From positions 10,517,888-10,581,887 of the forward strand of contig NC_092676.1 in assembly GCF_964355755.1 (NCBI RefSeq): a stretch of 64,000 nt of DNA. The letters run 5' to 3'. The stretch comes from Antedon mediterranea (taxonomy: Eukaryota > Animalia > Echinodermata). The notes under the pieces were generated by a model. That model saw only the letters and a list, made by a program, of their open reading frames with translations, was not told where the DNA came from and did no database searches. Shown piece by piece: positions 40,510-53,000 of this stretch (the first letter of the stretch is position 1; every line of letters begins with the position of its first letter). The position numbers and the translations under genes were made by a program.

Positions 40510-41140
40510 TGAGGGACTGGTGCTGTTCCGCCGTACCACGCCAAGAATGTTAAAGAGTCGCTATCCAATCGGGTTTGAACAATACCATGAAAGTCCCAGT
40601 GGTCTAATGGTCAGGACATCTGCATATCAAGCAGAAGGTTCCGGGTTAGAGTCTCGGTTGGGGAGACTTTTCCTTGTTCTCACAGATTTCCTCATCTTAT
40701 CGTTTCAAATTAATTAATTAAATTTCAGTATATCACCGGGTGGTTTTGAATTAATGTTCATTGCCTAATGTGTTTATATATATAAAAGTATCTCTTCGGA
40801 GATCCCGCCTCGTGAATAAAAATACTGAAAGACGAGGGCGTATCAATTTGATCTCTGGTGCGCGTGCGTACAACTGAGGACTAGTGCTGTTCCGCCGTAC
40901 CACGCCGAGAATGTTAAAGAGTCGCTATCCAATCGGGTTTGAACAATACCATGAAAGCCCCAGTGGTCTAATAGTTAGGACATCATCTGCATATCAAGGA
41001 GAAGGTCCGGGTTCGAGTCTCGGTTGGGGGGACTTTTTCTCATTCTCACAGATCTGGATATATTCCTCATCTTATCGTTTCAAATTAATTAAATTTCAGT
41101 ATATCACCGGACGGTTTAGAATTCATGTTCTGTGCATGAT
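40510..41140 (+). repeat. Two tandem copies of an interspersed repeat carrying an internal tRNA-like module
   Basis: 40510-40770 and 40873-41140 are near-identical; reverse copies at 27510-27720 and 38355-38447 plus 40255-40285. Confidence 0.8.
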
Positions 41141-41847
41141 GTGTTCCGTATTTTTAGTTACAATTAATTCCGTGGGTTGAAATTTAAATATTGTTCAGCA
41201 ATAAGAAATAATTATTTGAATAGATCAGAATGTTGGTTATTAAAATGCTGGTGATGATGTCACTGCCAATAATATAAGTAAGTGTACTGCTAACTAATCT
41301 ATTTATTGTTTAAATCTGGACACATTTTCGAAATACGCACAACAATACAAAGCAGAAAGAAACGTAGTTCGGTCACTATAGAGAGAAAGTGCAACTCATA
41401 TACTTGTCTTATTTATTTTTAAGTAAGGGCTTTTCTTTAAAATCTAATTTAAATTGGAGATATGACGAATGAATGATTTAAAAACACCTTTTTTTAATTA
41501 CACAGTACTGTAGTTTCGAAATATTACAATTTACAAACCAGAGTTATTGTACATTATTATAAGGGGAGACCAAAAGCAAGATATTTCAACAAACTCTTTT
41601 ACAAAACAATGAGGGACTGTACATTAACAGTAATAGTGAGGTGTACATTATTATTATAACATTAAATTTAAATGTTATATATACTAAGTAAAATAACATT
41701 TATTCAATATTTAAAGTAGTACCTACATTTTCTACCCTTTTTGAAATAATGAACCATTCCATAGAAAATACCAACGATTGTTATCAGCAAATCAGGCACT
41801 GTGTTAGTCTCTCCTATCTCGTTCGGATGTACAAGTTTTAAGTAAAC

Positions 41848-42234
41848 ATGAAGTTTGACGATTTAGTTAAGTATGTTGGAGAGTTTGGTTTCTATCAGAA
41901 AGCGATAATCGCTACTATGTGTTTATCTAATATTCCTGCCGCTTTTCATCAAATGGGTCAAATATTTTTTGCCGCAAATGTTGATTTTTGGTGTACAACA
42001 TCAGAATTTGAAAGTATAGACTGTCCGTCTTCGTGGAATTTTACCAAACAGCAATGTGAAAAGGAAAAATTGTCATTTCTAATGCCAACGGAAGGAGAAG
42101 GCTGTCTGCGATTTACGAATACAACGACAGAATCATTTTTAGCCGGAGATAAACCAACAGGTAACTGGCCCATTAGCCGATGTGAGCATTGGAATTATGA
42201 TAGGACAGATTACAAATCAACTATTATTCAAGAG
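41848..42234 (+). CDS. SLC22 paralogue 2 exon 1
   Basis: ends STIIQE|GTAAGG. Confidence 0.92.
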
Positions 42235-45200
42235 GTAAGGTTGCGGTATGTTAGAGGGTTAGGTCTACGATAAAACGGAATTCATTCGGTTTCTATTAAT
42301 GATATCGATTGTTCGTGTGTTGCGTCCCGGATGAAATGTTCGCGCAATTAGCTAAAGATCAGTATTTTACAAAAATTGATCTAAATAAATGATATTAGCA
42401 AATACCAATGGCTCCTGATTGTAAACATTTGACTGCGTTTATAATACATGAAGGACTGTATGAGTTAAAATGTACTCCTTGGTTTGAATATATATATATA
42501 AAAAATAGATATTAGGCCTACCAATTATAAACCCATCCAATGTAATCGTAAATAATATTAGGCCTACCAATTATAAACCCATCCAATGTAATCGTAAATA
42601 AAGCGACATCCTTTTAATCATGTCTACTCAGTAGTCCGCACCGACATTATCCTTCCCCATTATAACTTGAATCCGACCCCGAAAAGGTTGCAAAGCTATT
42701 AAAATTCTGCCATTTTCCACTCGAGAATTATTTTGTTAATGGTTTATGATCGGTTTCAATTATAAATTTCGTTTGTTTGAACACTCCAAACGATAGCTAA
42801 GCATACACACATATTCCTCCAGTCTCTTGTAAGCAATGTCGCTCCCACACCTACATCGGATGCGTCTGTTCTTAAAACAAACGTTTTGTTAATTTCAGGT
42901 AATTGTAAAATTGGTGAACTACATAACTTGTTTATAATGAATGGAAGGACCAATAACACTTTTCTTGGGCAAGAAATAATATTTGAATTTCTTTAACCTT
43001 TCAAATACCTCTGAGACTTTTCTTATATGTTCCTCCTAAGTCTCAGAAATATATGTTTTATCAGCAAAAATATGTTTTTTTTTAACTGTATTAATCATAA
43101 TTATCCTCATAGATTTTACGATATGATAAATGTAATGTTAATGTCTATAACTACAACACTAGGTCATCCTCCTATATTCATCTCCCAAAACACAGGATTA
43201 TATAATATTTCACCAAAGTATTAGATACTCTGGTGAAGACATTGGAATGTTTTGCCTCTTTTGTTCCAAAACATACAAAATGTTAAACAGTTAAAAAAAT
43301 ATTGCAAACTATTATTTATTATCAAACAAATTTGTTTTGTTTGCTTTTGAATGTTTTGTTTTGGCGTTCCTGACACAAGATTTTTCTTTATTGGTGACGC
43401 CCCACTTTTGGAAATAAATGTTAATTTTGATTGATGATTGATTGGATGAGGATAACATCTATGTAATTATGAACCTTCGTTATACCTTTTAATAATTTAC
43501 GCATTACCTGACTAAATAAAAAGTAGCAGCAGCAGCGTGCACTAGGCCAATATCGCAGCAAATTCTATTAGACCCATCTGGCTTCTTCACAACGAACACA
43601 GGACTAGCATATGCACTACTACTAGTTGATACCACTCCCATTCTAAACATCTCCTGCACCTATTTTCATATCCACTTTCAAGTTATATGGGATAGGGTAT
43701 GTTTTATTACGAACTGGTTTGCATTAACCACTATCTTATGTTCTCCAAGGTGAGTATGCTCTGATTTATCTGTCAGAACAACATAATCAAATCTTGTTTT
43801 TTATTTAATTTTGGATTAATGTTAACATCACTCACACTTTCACCTTGGTGGACCAAACTACAGCAAATCATCATTGGCATAACTTTTCAACTCAGATGCA
43901 TCTACAACGAATGAACTTTGCTCTTCTTCAATTACTAAAGTGCATGCAATATCATATACGCTTTGACAACATGCCATAGGAATTGGTCTACCCTTATATT
44001 GTTTTAACATATGGAGGATTTATGACTCATATTTATGATATAGTTTAACGAATTTACCTTACCAATCACAGGGAATGGTTCCTTATAATGTATTAAAAGT
44101 TTATTATTGTCGGTTGGAAGCAATCATTTACTTCTAGACATTTGCGCGCTTATTGATAAGGTTTGAAACGATTCGCTGCACGTGCGAGGTTTTCACGAAC
44201 CAATTCACACGTTCTCTCTAACCGTTCTGGTTAGTAATGGATCAATATATCTATCCCAATCAGTAGGGCGTTCTTCGCTCATTATTTTTCAACATGGGCT
44301 TTAACGTTCCAGTAAACATTTCTCCTAACCCGTTGCACATTGTATGATATGACGTGGTATTTACACTACGTATAGATAACAAACGGTTAATTAACCCAGA
44401 CGTGACTTGCGAACCCGTATCGCCAAGTATTTCGGAATCCTAACCTAGAATACATAAATACGAGCATTTTGCTACCGTTCCCATATTAATATTCTTAATA
44501 GGTATTGCTTCCGGATATCGTGTCGCATAGTCTACCAACAACAGAATATATAATGTCCCCTTGTAGTCGTTGGTTTGATTGGCTTTGAAAAGGTTCCTCC
44601 ATTGTAGGCATTTCATCCACTGGCTCTTTTAGATACTGTTCGCTGGCATATGTCGCACGACGACGTACATCGGATTGCAACCCAGGCCAAACACATTTTT
44701 TTTAAATGTTGTAATTGGTTTTCTTACCCCTAGGTGACCGCCTAATACAGATTCATTGGCCAACTGCAAAACTACCCCTCTACGAGTTTTAGGAACAACT
44801 ATTTGTCTTACTAATTTACCAATTTCCACATTAGGAGACACATTCTCTCTTACTTTATTATCTCCATAAGAAGAAATTACAGTAGCTTGCAAAACAACAG
44901 GGTAAAACATATACATACAAATAAAAGATCAGACCACCTCACAAGTTACCTTTTATGATCTTCATTTAAGAAAACAATACCCTTAGCTACAAAAGAATCA
45001 CGGTATCTCTTGGTGGCAAAAGTAGGAACTCTCATACGTCCACTTCTGGGAATAAAATGCCTGACAATCACATCATGGAGAGGATGAGTCTCATCAGTTA
45101 TTATAATTATGACAAAACACATTTGTAACCATGACTCTAAAAAGAGAGTCAGCAGAAGGCAAACAGACACCAGTGATTCTGCTAATTTTAAGCGTTCCTT

Positions 45201-47059
45201 TTTTTAAGACAGTACATACGAGTATTTAATTTCTTGCTAATATATTCTAAATGTTTAGAAAATTTAATTTAATTTATCATCAAAAATCACTCCTAGGTAC
45301 TTATACCTACATTCTTTCTCTACTTTCAATGATAATAACATCAGCAGATGCCTTTAATTTAGTGCGAAAATCTATAACCATTTCCTAGGTCTCTGCAACA
45401 TTAAGTTGAAGATAGTTTATATTACAGAACATACAAAATAGTCAATTTCATATTTATAATGAATATAGTTGTCATGTTTGATAAAACCGAGGATGGAACA
45501 TTCCCAAAAATTATGCTAGGAATATGGTTTGTACTTACGAGCACGTAATTTCTTTCGTATTCCACCTGCTTTCCCGCGTTTTCTGATCCTTATTTGTCGG
45601 TTCATTTCGTCTCTTGGGTAAAAACTCGTCAAAGTTCACAACAGAACATGGTTTGTTCAGGGCGTGTAAATCTTCCAGTGAATAAACAATACACAAGAGG
45701 AAAAGCAAATACAGTAAAAATCCACAAATACTACGTTTAAACATAAAGAAGAAAGCACAGACTACAGCACAGCACATCACAACACCAACATCAAAAGCAC
45801 AGACAAACCACACAGTGGCGTATCCAGGATGTTGAAGTTGCCGACAAAATCAGTGTCATTACCTGTACTGTAAATGCCTCAATATATGTTCTAGGATTGC
45901 ATAGTCATGTTGTCTTATATGGGATAACGATGCAAAATTAAGACCAAATTAAACATTATCTGTTAGTATGTTGTATTAATATTACAATAAAGGAAGAATT
46001 ACGAAAATCTGATTTGTAGTTTTTGAAATATAGGGTCTAAAACATCGCCGAAAATGATCGTTTTTAGCCACGAAAGAAGTAAAACAACTTGCGGCCTCAG
46101 TCGACTATTCTATTAACTACGCCATTTTTGGTTAAAATAATTACATATAATTACGTTTTTTAGTAATTTATTTTATATATCACCATTGGAAATATCAATA
46201 AAACATGTTATTAAATGCTTATGAAATATATAAAGTTGTTTAATTAACGGAATTCGGACAAATTCATTGCTCTAACTTTGTATAGTACCGATCAGAGAGA
46301 GCCATGTGATTTTATGGTAAACGCGCAAGAGAAAACATTCCGCTGCCGGTGATTCGCATTCACCAATTAAATCAGCCAGAATCCAAAATCATTCAACAGT
46401 GAGCAATGCCAATCACGGGAAAGCCCAGCGTTGATTGGCTTACGATGGCATCATATCACAATATGGTGGTTTTGTAGTTGAGCCTCGCGGAATATTCTGT
46501 TCCAAAAATGAAATACATGGATTTTTGTTATGGTATGTGTGCCTTTTCTTTAAAAAATGTGAATAATAAAGGCCTCATATCGAGAAAAAAACGGGGCTTT
46601 TGGCAAATATATTTTAGGGAAAAAAGCACATGGCATGTGGAACTATATAATCTTAGCGTAGGAAGACATACAAATCCCAGGTCATGAGAGGCTCAACTAC
46701 AAAAACAATCTAGCGCGTACGGCCGTACGTGCTAGATGATAAGATATTTTAACCACATTTTTTTCGTGGTTGGTTAGATGTAATGAAAATTTAAAATAGT
46801 TGATCTGAAGGGAATGATATGATATGTAAATAAACAAACACTCAAAAGAATTATGTTTACAGTTCAACTATTGTCAGAATAATAGTTTATTCTTATTTGC
46901 CTAACTTTATTTTTCCCCGGTACTTTTGTTTGCCGACGGACGCGATGATGTGCCGACGGACACAAAATCAGGGCCCCCCCACTGGATACGCCACTGAAAC
47001 TACAAAACAAGCAAGCTAAACGTCGTCCGCAGGAGCAGCGCCGTAACACGTCTGTTCTC

Positions 47060-47095
<36 letters not shown>

Positions 47096-50000
47096 GTTTA
47101 TCCCCCGCTTTGCCAAATCTCTAACTTTCCCCAATGTAGAGTCATAATACTGGTCCTCGATTAACCTTTTCTGAGTCACATCAATTGGTAGGCCTATAGG
47201 GGAGTAGCTAATTTTAATTGTCTAAGTGGTTTTCTCGCGGCATTTTGTTGGCTTCTGGTCATGGTTCCGCATTTCTAATACCATTAACGACATTTTATTT
47301 TCTTTTATTTTACTGTTACTAATTTTTTCAGGATTATTCGGATTCCTTACCCCTGTAACATTTCCAAAAATTAATCGAAATACATTATTTTCCATACAAA
47401 TCGCCTTTACTGGTCAGGACACAATTGAGGTATTAAAATTAGCTGTAGCCAAACGCCTTACAGTTTTATCTATCAATACACAAGTACTAAATTCCCGTTA
47501 GTTGTTCAGGTTTCGCAAAGGATCGTTTCATCACGACACTACTACAACCAGAGTCACGCAAAACTTCGGTAATATCATTTTCTACTAAACCTTTCCACAC
47601 AGGCATACCCGGATTACTTCCACATGCCGCTGTTAGAATAGGCAATTTATGACCGCAGTTAAGAATCCATCTTTCATAGCAGGTTCAAAATGGGAATGAG
47701 GTCGTTCACAACCACACACGCATGGCTAAAATCAGCTCTATGTCTATTCTTCTGCAAAAATAACAAGGCTCGACCCACGGCTGGTTGCTGACCAAACTGA
47801 TTATAACTAAGTTTTGCACGCCCAGGTGGTAGCCCAAAATGTTGACCCTGCTTTGGTACATACTTATTACCCTTATTTGTTGTATTTAGAATCTAAATAA
47901 ATTCCTATCATTTGAATCAGATTGAATAAAAGGTAGGCTTACACATGGATACATTGAAACAGTAAATTTTTTTGTAACATATTTACATTGCAAAACAATT
48001 ATATATATTTGATTTTTAAGTATAATATATAAATTATAAAATATTATATTTATTTGAATTTGTATAAACCTACTGTATTGGGAATTATGTCAACGAACGA
48101 CCAACCAAAGGCAGATATACCATATTATATAACACCTAAATAAATTCCTGTTATTTGATTAGACGATTGTGGGTCACATGGCGTGCAATAGTACGCACTA
48201 TTAAATGATCGTTTAATAGTACTTTTTAAAACATTTTTGTGTACGAAAAAAAACCAAACGTTTCGCCGATGAAAAAAAAATCTAGTATACAAAAATGAGG
48301 GTATCACGAAACCTAAGACCACGAAAGCTAAGACCCCCTAAGACCTAAGATCACGAAAGCTAAGACCCAAGAACTAAGATTACAAATATTTATCTTTCGC
48401 ACCTGCCTTGTATATTAACTCCCAACATTTATTCTGAATACCACACCTTAGAATTAGCACTTTTATGAAAAAGAATCACATAAAAAGTAACAAATACATT
48501 TTTAAATTGATGATTTTACAGACGTTTTTCTCGCACACATACTGTTTGCGAATTTCGCATGACTAGCCTAACAGTACAGTAGGCCTACCCCATGTTCAAT
48601 GTTTTTGTTTCTATGGAACGTCAAAAGAGCAAAAATTATATAGAGGGCTGAAAACTCTATGGAGTCCATCTACAGTGATGGAACAATGTAAAATTAAAAT
48701 TGTAATGATAATACTGTAGTATAATCATGCTAGTACGAAGAAATAAATACTCGCAAATAAAATTTAATTTAAAAATCATGATATTAAATAAGTGTTTTGT
48801 TTCGTTTTTTTTTCTGTTTTTATTCTTGTACTATTATTGTTGCTCTTTTGGTGCTCCATAGAAACAAAAACATTGAGCATGATGAGTTACAGTATACAAA
48901 GAAACACGTCTGTAAAATCATCAATTTAAAGGATTTATTTATTTGTTTTTATGTGTTTCTCCTTCTGAAAGTACTTATAAGTTCTAATTTTAAAGTGTGG
49001 TATTCAGGATAAAGTTAGTTAACACATTTGGAGTCAAAATACAAAAAAAACATCCTCTGAACCAACACAATGGAGTAAATATATACCAACAAACAACCCG
49101 TCAAGTTTGTTTGTTGTAAAGAAAAAATATACATTTACTCAACGGGCGAAAATAACGTGAGTTTATCTATGTTTTGCGGTAGTATTTAATTATATTTATG
49201 GTAATAAATGAAACCTACTATGTTTAAAATTATGTATGGATAAGCAAGTATTGTTTTTAAGCTGTAGTATATCTTAGAATATGTAATCTTAGTTCTTGGG
49301 TCTTAGCTTTTGTGATCTTAGGTCTTAGGGGGTCTTAGCTTTCGTGGTCTGAGGTTTCGTGACACCTCCAAAAATGACTGTGAAATACAACAGCGCCACT
49401 TGTTGTGTCCTGCCTCAGTCTGTTTGTAAACACCACCACGAGATATGCAACAGCAGCAGATTTTTGTGTACGATTTGGAGATATAAATGTATTAATTTCA
49501 TTCAAAAAGGCATTTAAATTAGCTTTAGATCGTTTTTAGAAGTTTGATTAATTAATGGGGACATCCATACAAGACGTGGAATCGTTGAAAAAACCATAAT
49601 TAGCCTAGATAAGTTCCAATTTGTCTGTCAAGTTTTGCCTTTCAGCCAAGCTAGTACAACTGCCAGGTCTAGCCTAGGCTAGCTAGGCCTGTTAGTATTA
49701 GGCTAGGCTTAGCCTAGGCGTTTTAGCCTTGCTAGGCATATGATTGTTTGGTCGTCTGTTGACATAATTAACACAAGTAGGTGTGTCTATAAAATCCATA
49801 TAAATATAACATTTAATATGATATTAAAAACCAAATGTTACTGTTTTAATCAATGTGAATGAAATGTACTAGGCCTCTTGGCTAGGGCTACCTTTTATTT
49901 GATTCAAATGACAGGAATCAATTTAGATGTTATATAAAACAAACAATGAATGTTTTATATTCGTGTAATGGTGAAAGGTTATATCAACGAGGCAACGCCT

Positions 50001-53000
50001 AGCTGATATAACCTTTCATCATTCACCTCATGCCATTATTTGTACCATTACACTCATAAACATTCATTATTTGTATACTATTTAACGTACTATTGCACGC
50101 TATGTGACCCACAATCCAATCAAATGACAGAAATAGATTTAGTTGTTATATTATGTATTAGCACAATTAACCAATATAGGGGCGGATCCAGGATTTTGTT
50201 AAAGGGGGGCGCTAGACTTGCCCCAAGTCTGTATTAACTTTTTTTAAAATTTATTTGTTTTTATTTCGACCGCGATTTTTGTCGGAAAATACAGACTTGT
50301 GAAACACGTATAGAAATCGATTTGCAGACCGCAAACATCCGATAAGAATGACGTAGGTTATCATACCGTATTTGGCTATATGGGGCGGGCGGTATGTAAA
50401 TATGGATTTCGAATCAACCAATGATCATTTTGTTTCAAAATGAAAAATATCGAGTAAGTGACGGTGACGGACAGTGCTGAATGTACGATCGAGACTGTTG
50501 AAATATAAAATCGTAATGCCAAGTTGTTTTGTTTATTAATTGTTTAGTCCTTGGCCTAGGCCTCTTTCGTAGGTCCTACTCAACTCGCACGTATGACCTG
50601 CCAAATAAAACGCCAATAAAATAGGCCTACATACCACCGGCACACAACAGGGCTACACCACCACACAGAACAGGACGCGACAGGACAGGGTCTGGGTGGG
50701 AATTAAATCAAAATTATCTCCGCGTAATAAATGATCCATTCAATGTTTGATTTTCGGAGAAGCTAGCCTATCATTATCAAGACGAGTTTTCATGTTCTTG
50801 GGAAAAATCCCATCAAATGTTTACCAGACTACTAGGCATATAAAATAATTTCTAGCCTTCAGAAACTTTCATAAATGTAGGCCTACCCAAGTACACATTG
50901 TCTAAACGTAACATAGCGCATGCGCATCATCTTAGTTGTTGAGTCTTTGAAATTCTGAAATATGAATATTAAAACGGTGTACGAGTGAGTAGCCAATCGC
51001 ATGCAGCTGAAACTAGTCAACCGGATAATCGTATGCACCAAGAATTCTTGGTGTCAAACCACGTGAATTGTGCGTGTTTCCCCAGACGGAGTATCCAAAA
51101 TCAAGTAGTATACGTATGAAACGCCATATGTGCCAAAATATTTATCTTTTTACTAATATTAAGACAAAACTCCGTCTGGAACCCAGACTAGGGGGGGCGC
51201 AACTGTAGAGAGACGATTTTGAAAATGTAAAACCTCTAGGTGGTCGGAAATGGCACTCTCACGTTAAATAGATGTATTAAAAATTGATATTAATTTAAAT
51301 ATGAAAACTGAGGTACTAGCTCTAATTTGCAGGAAAAGACACTCTCATAATAATGCAGCATGCTACCAATGAGCAAAACGATCATACTTTTTCCCTCCAA
51401 TAAACACACGTGACTAATTACAGGACGATATAACATTTTGTTGCCGATTTCATTCACTCAGTATTTAGTTTTGATTGCGTTCAAGTTCAATGCGAACGTC
51501 CATCTAGGGGAAGCCCCTCAAATTTAATGCTTACTATGGCTCAAAATTTATTTACATCAATTTTTTGAAGAAATTAAATATATAAATAGGTATTGATACA
51601 GTTGGGTGGGTGGCCTAGAAAAAAATCAGTTACCACAGTAGGCCTACGATATTATTATTAACTCTAATAATAATCCTCTATGATGATGATCTGTAGGTAA
51701 CCACGGCGTTCCATTTTTGACGTACTATATACACTTTTATTTATGCTTGCTGACTGCCAGCGATCTAAACAATAGGTAGACCTACGCGGTTGTATGGTGT
51801 CCTTTGTAAGAATCGTTCGAGCCCGAGTATGGGTACGATACACGCGTCAATATCATGTTACATCCAGGGACCAAAATGCGTTTATTTTTCAGGTGAAAAT
51901 AGGCAATTCATTTCGCAACTCTTAGAAATTTACAGCAACGGCAATGGTGACCTTTAATAAAAAGTAATTTAGCACGGCGCTGAAACAATGTATTTAAATC
52001 AAAAGTGAAAGTTTTACTCTTTTTTACGCTTCTTTTCCCGATTTTTTTCCCCTTATGGTAGGATAATTTTTTTCCCCAGATTTATAGGGGGCGTGCGGAG
52101 GGTGCGCCTCCCTAGATCCGCCACTGCAATAGAATACTACCTAGAAACAAACAACAATACAACATCAAATAAGTTACACACAATTTCCATATATATGTTT
52201 ATGTACTTTTATTAATAGATTTGTGGAAATTAATGTATAAGCAAATCCATAAGAGTTACAAATTACTGTACTAATAAATAATTACGATGTATTTTATAAG
52301 AATGATGGTACAACGTATAGAATAGAAAATTTTGAGTTAAGTTATATGTTAAACAATAACTGTCAATGTAATATTTATTGATTTATGATTTAAAATTATA
52401 ATGTTTGCTACATATTCTTCTATAGGCCTAAACGTGAACAATTTAAGCTACAGATCTGATTGGGTTCAATATACACACGCACCCCTACATACTTACACAC
52501 CTACACACACCCATACATAATTTAAATGTTTAACAGATAGACGACAACAAAAACATAAATTGTTTTAAAATAGTGAAATATAGACTTTCTCAGTAGTTCA
52601 AGCTGCTGTTACTATCTAGTATTGTCTCCAGAAAATGAAAAACAGTACAAAGAAAAGTTGATGGGTTTACGGTGGATACTTTAATATAGTGCCAAAAATA
52701 TCTATTAAAAAAATCTTTTGTGGAGCAACACCATTTTTATTCACATTATCTCATGTCATTACATAACATCATATTATCTAACACATTTTTGTTAATTCAA
52801 ATGTTACAATTCATCAGGAACATTTTTACATATTTTAATTCCGTATAACCCCTTTTCATTAATTTTCTTATATATATTTCAGAACCCGGATTATACAATT
52901 TATTTATATACATTATATATATAAGATAAAACGAATAAAAATCATAATATATCAGTACCTGTAACTCGTATCACAGTAATTCCTTTTCTGATAAATCGTA

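Larger units (their letters stand above)
42600..47845 (-). mobile_element. Highly degraded second Gmr1-like Gypsy in intron 1 of paralogue 2, split by later insertions
   Basis: Minus-strand order: CGHKLPILTAAC and LRDSGC protease (about 47500-47670), GGHLGVRK integrase ZF (44630-44880), ERPTDWDRYI integrase (about 44250), YASPVFVVKKPDG RT (about 43570-43620), LRTDASDVGVGA RNase H (42756-42959). Outer boundaries approximate. Confidence 0.75.

Noticed and set aside
40590-41030. Functional tRNA genes
   Set aside because: The anticodon loop differs between copies (ATATCAA, ATATTAA), stems are damaged, and they are embedded in a dispersed repeat.
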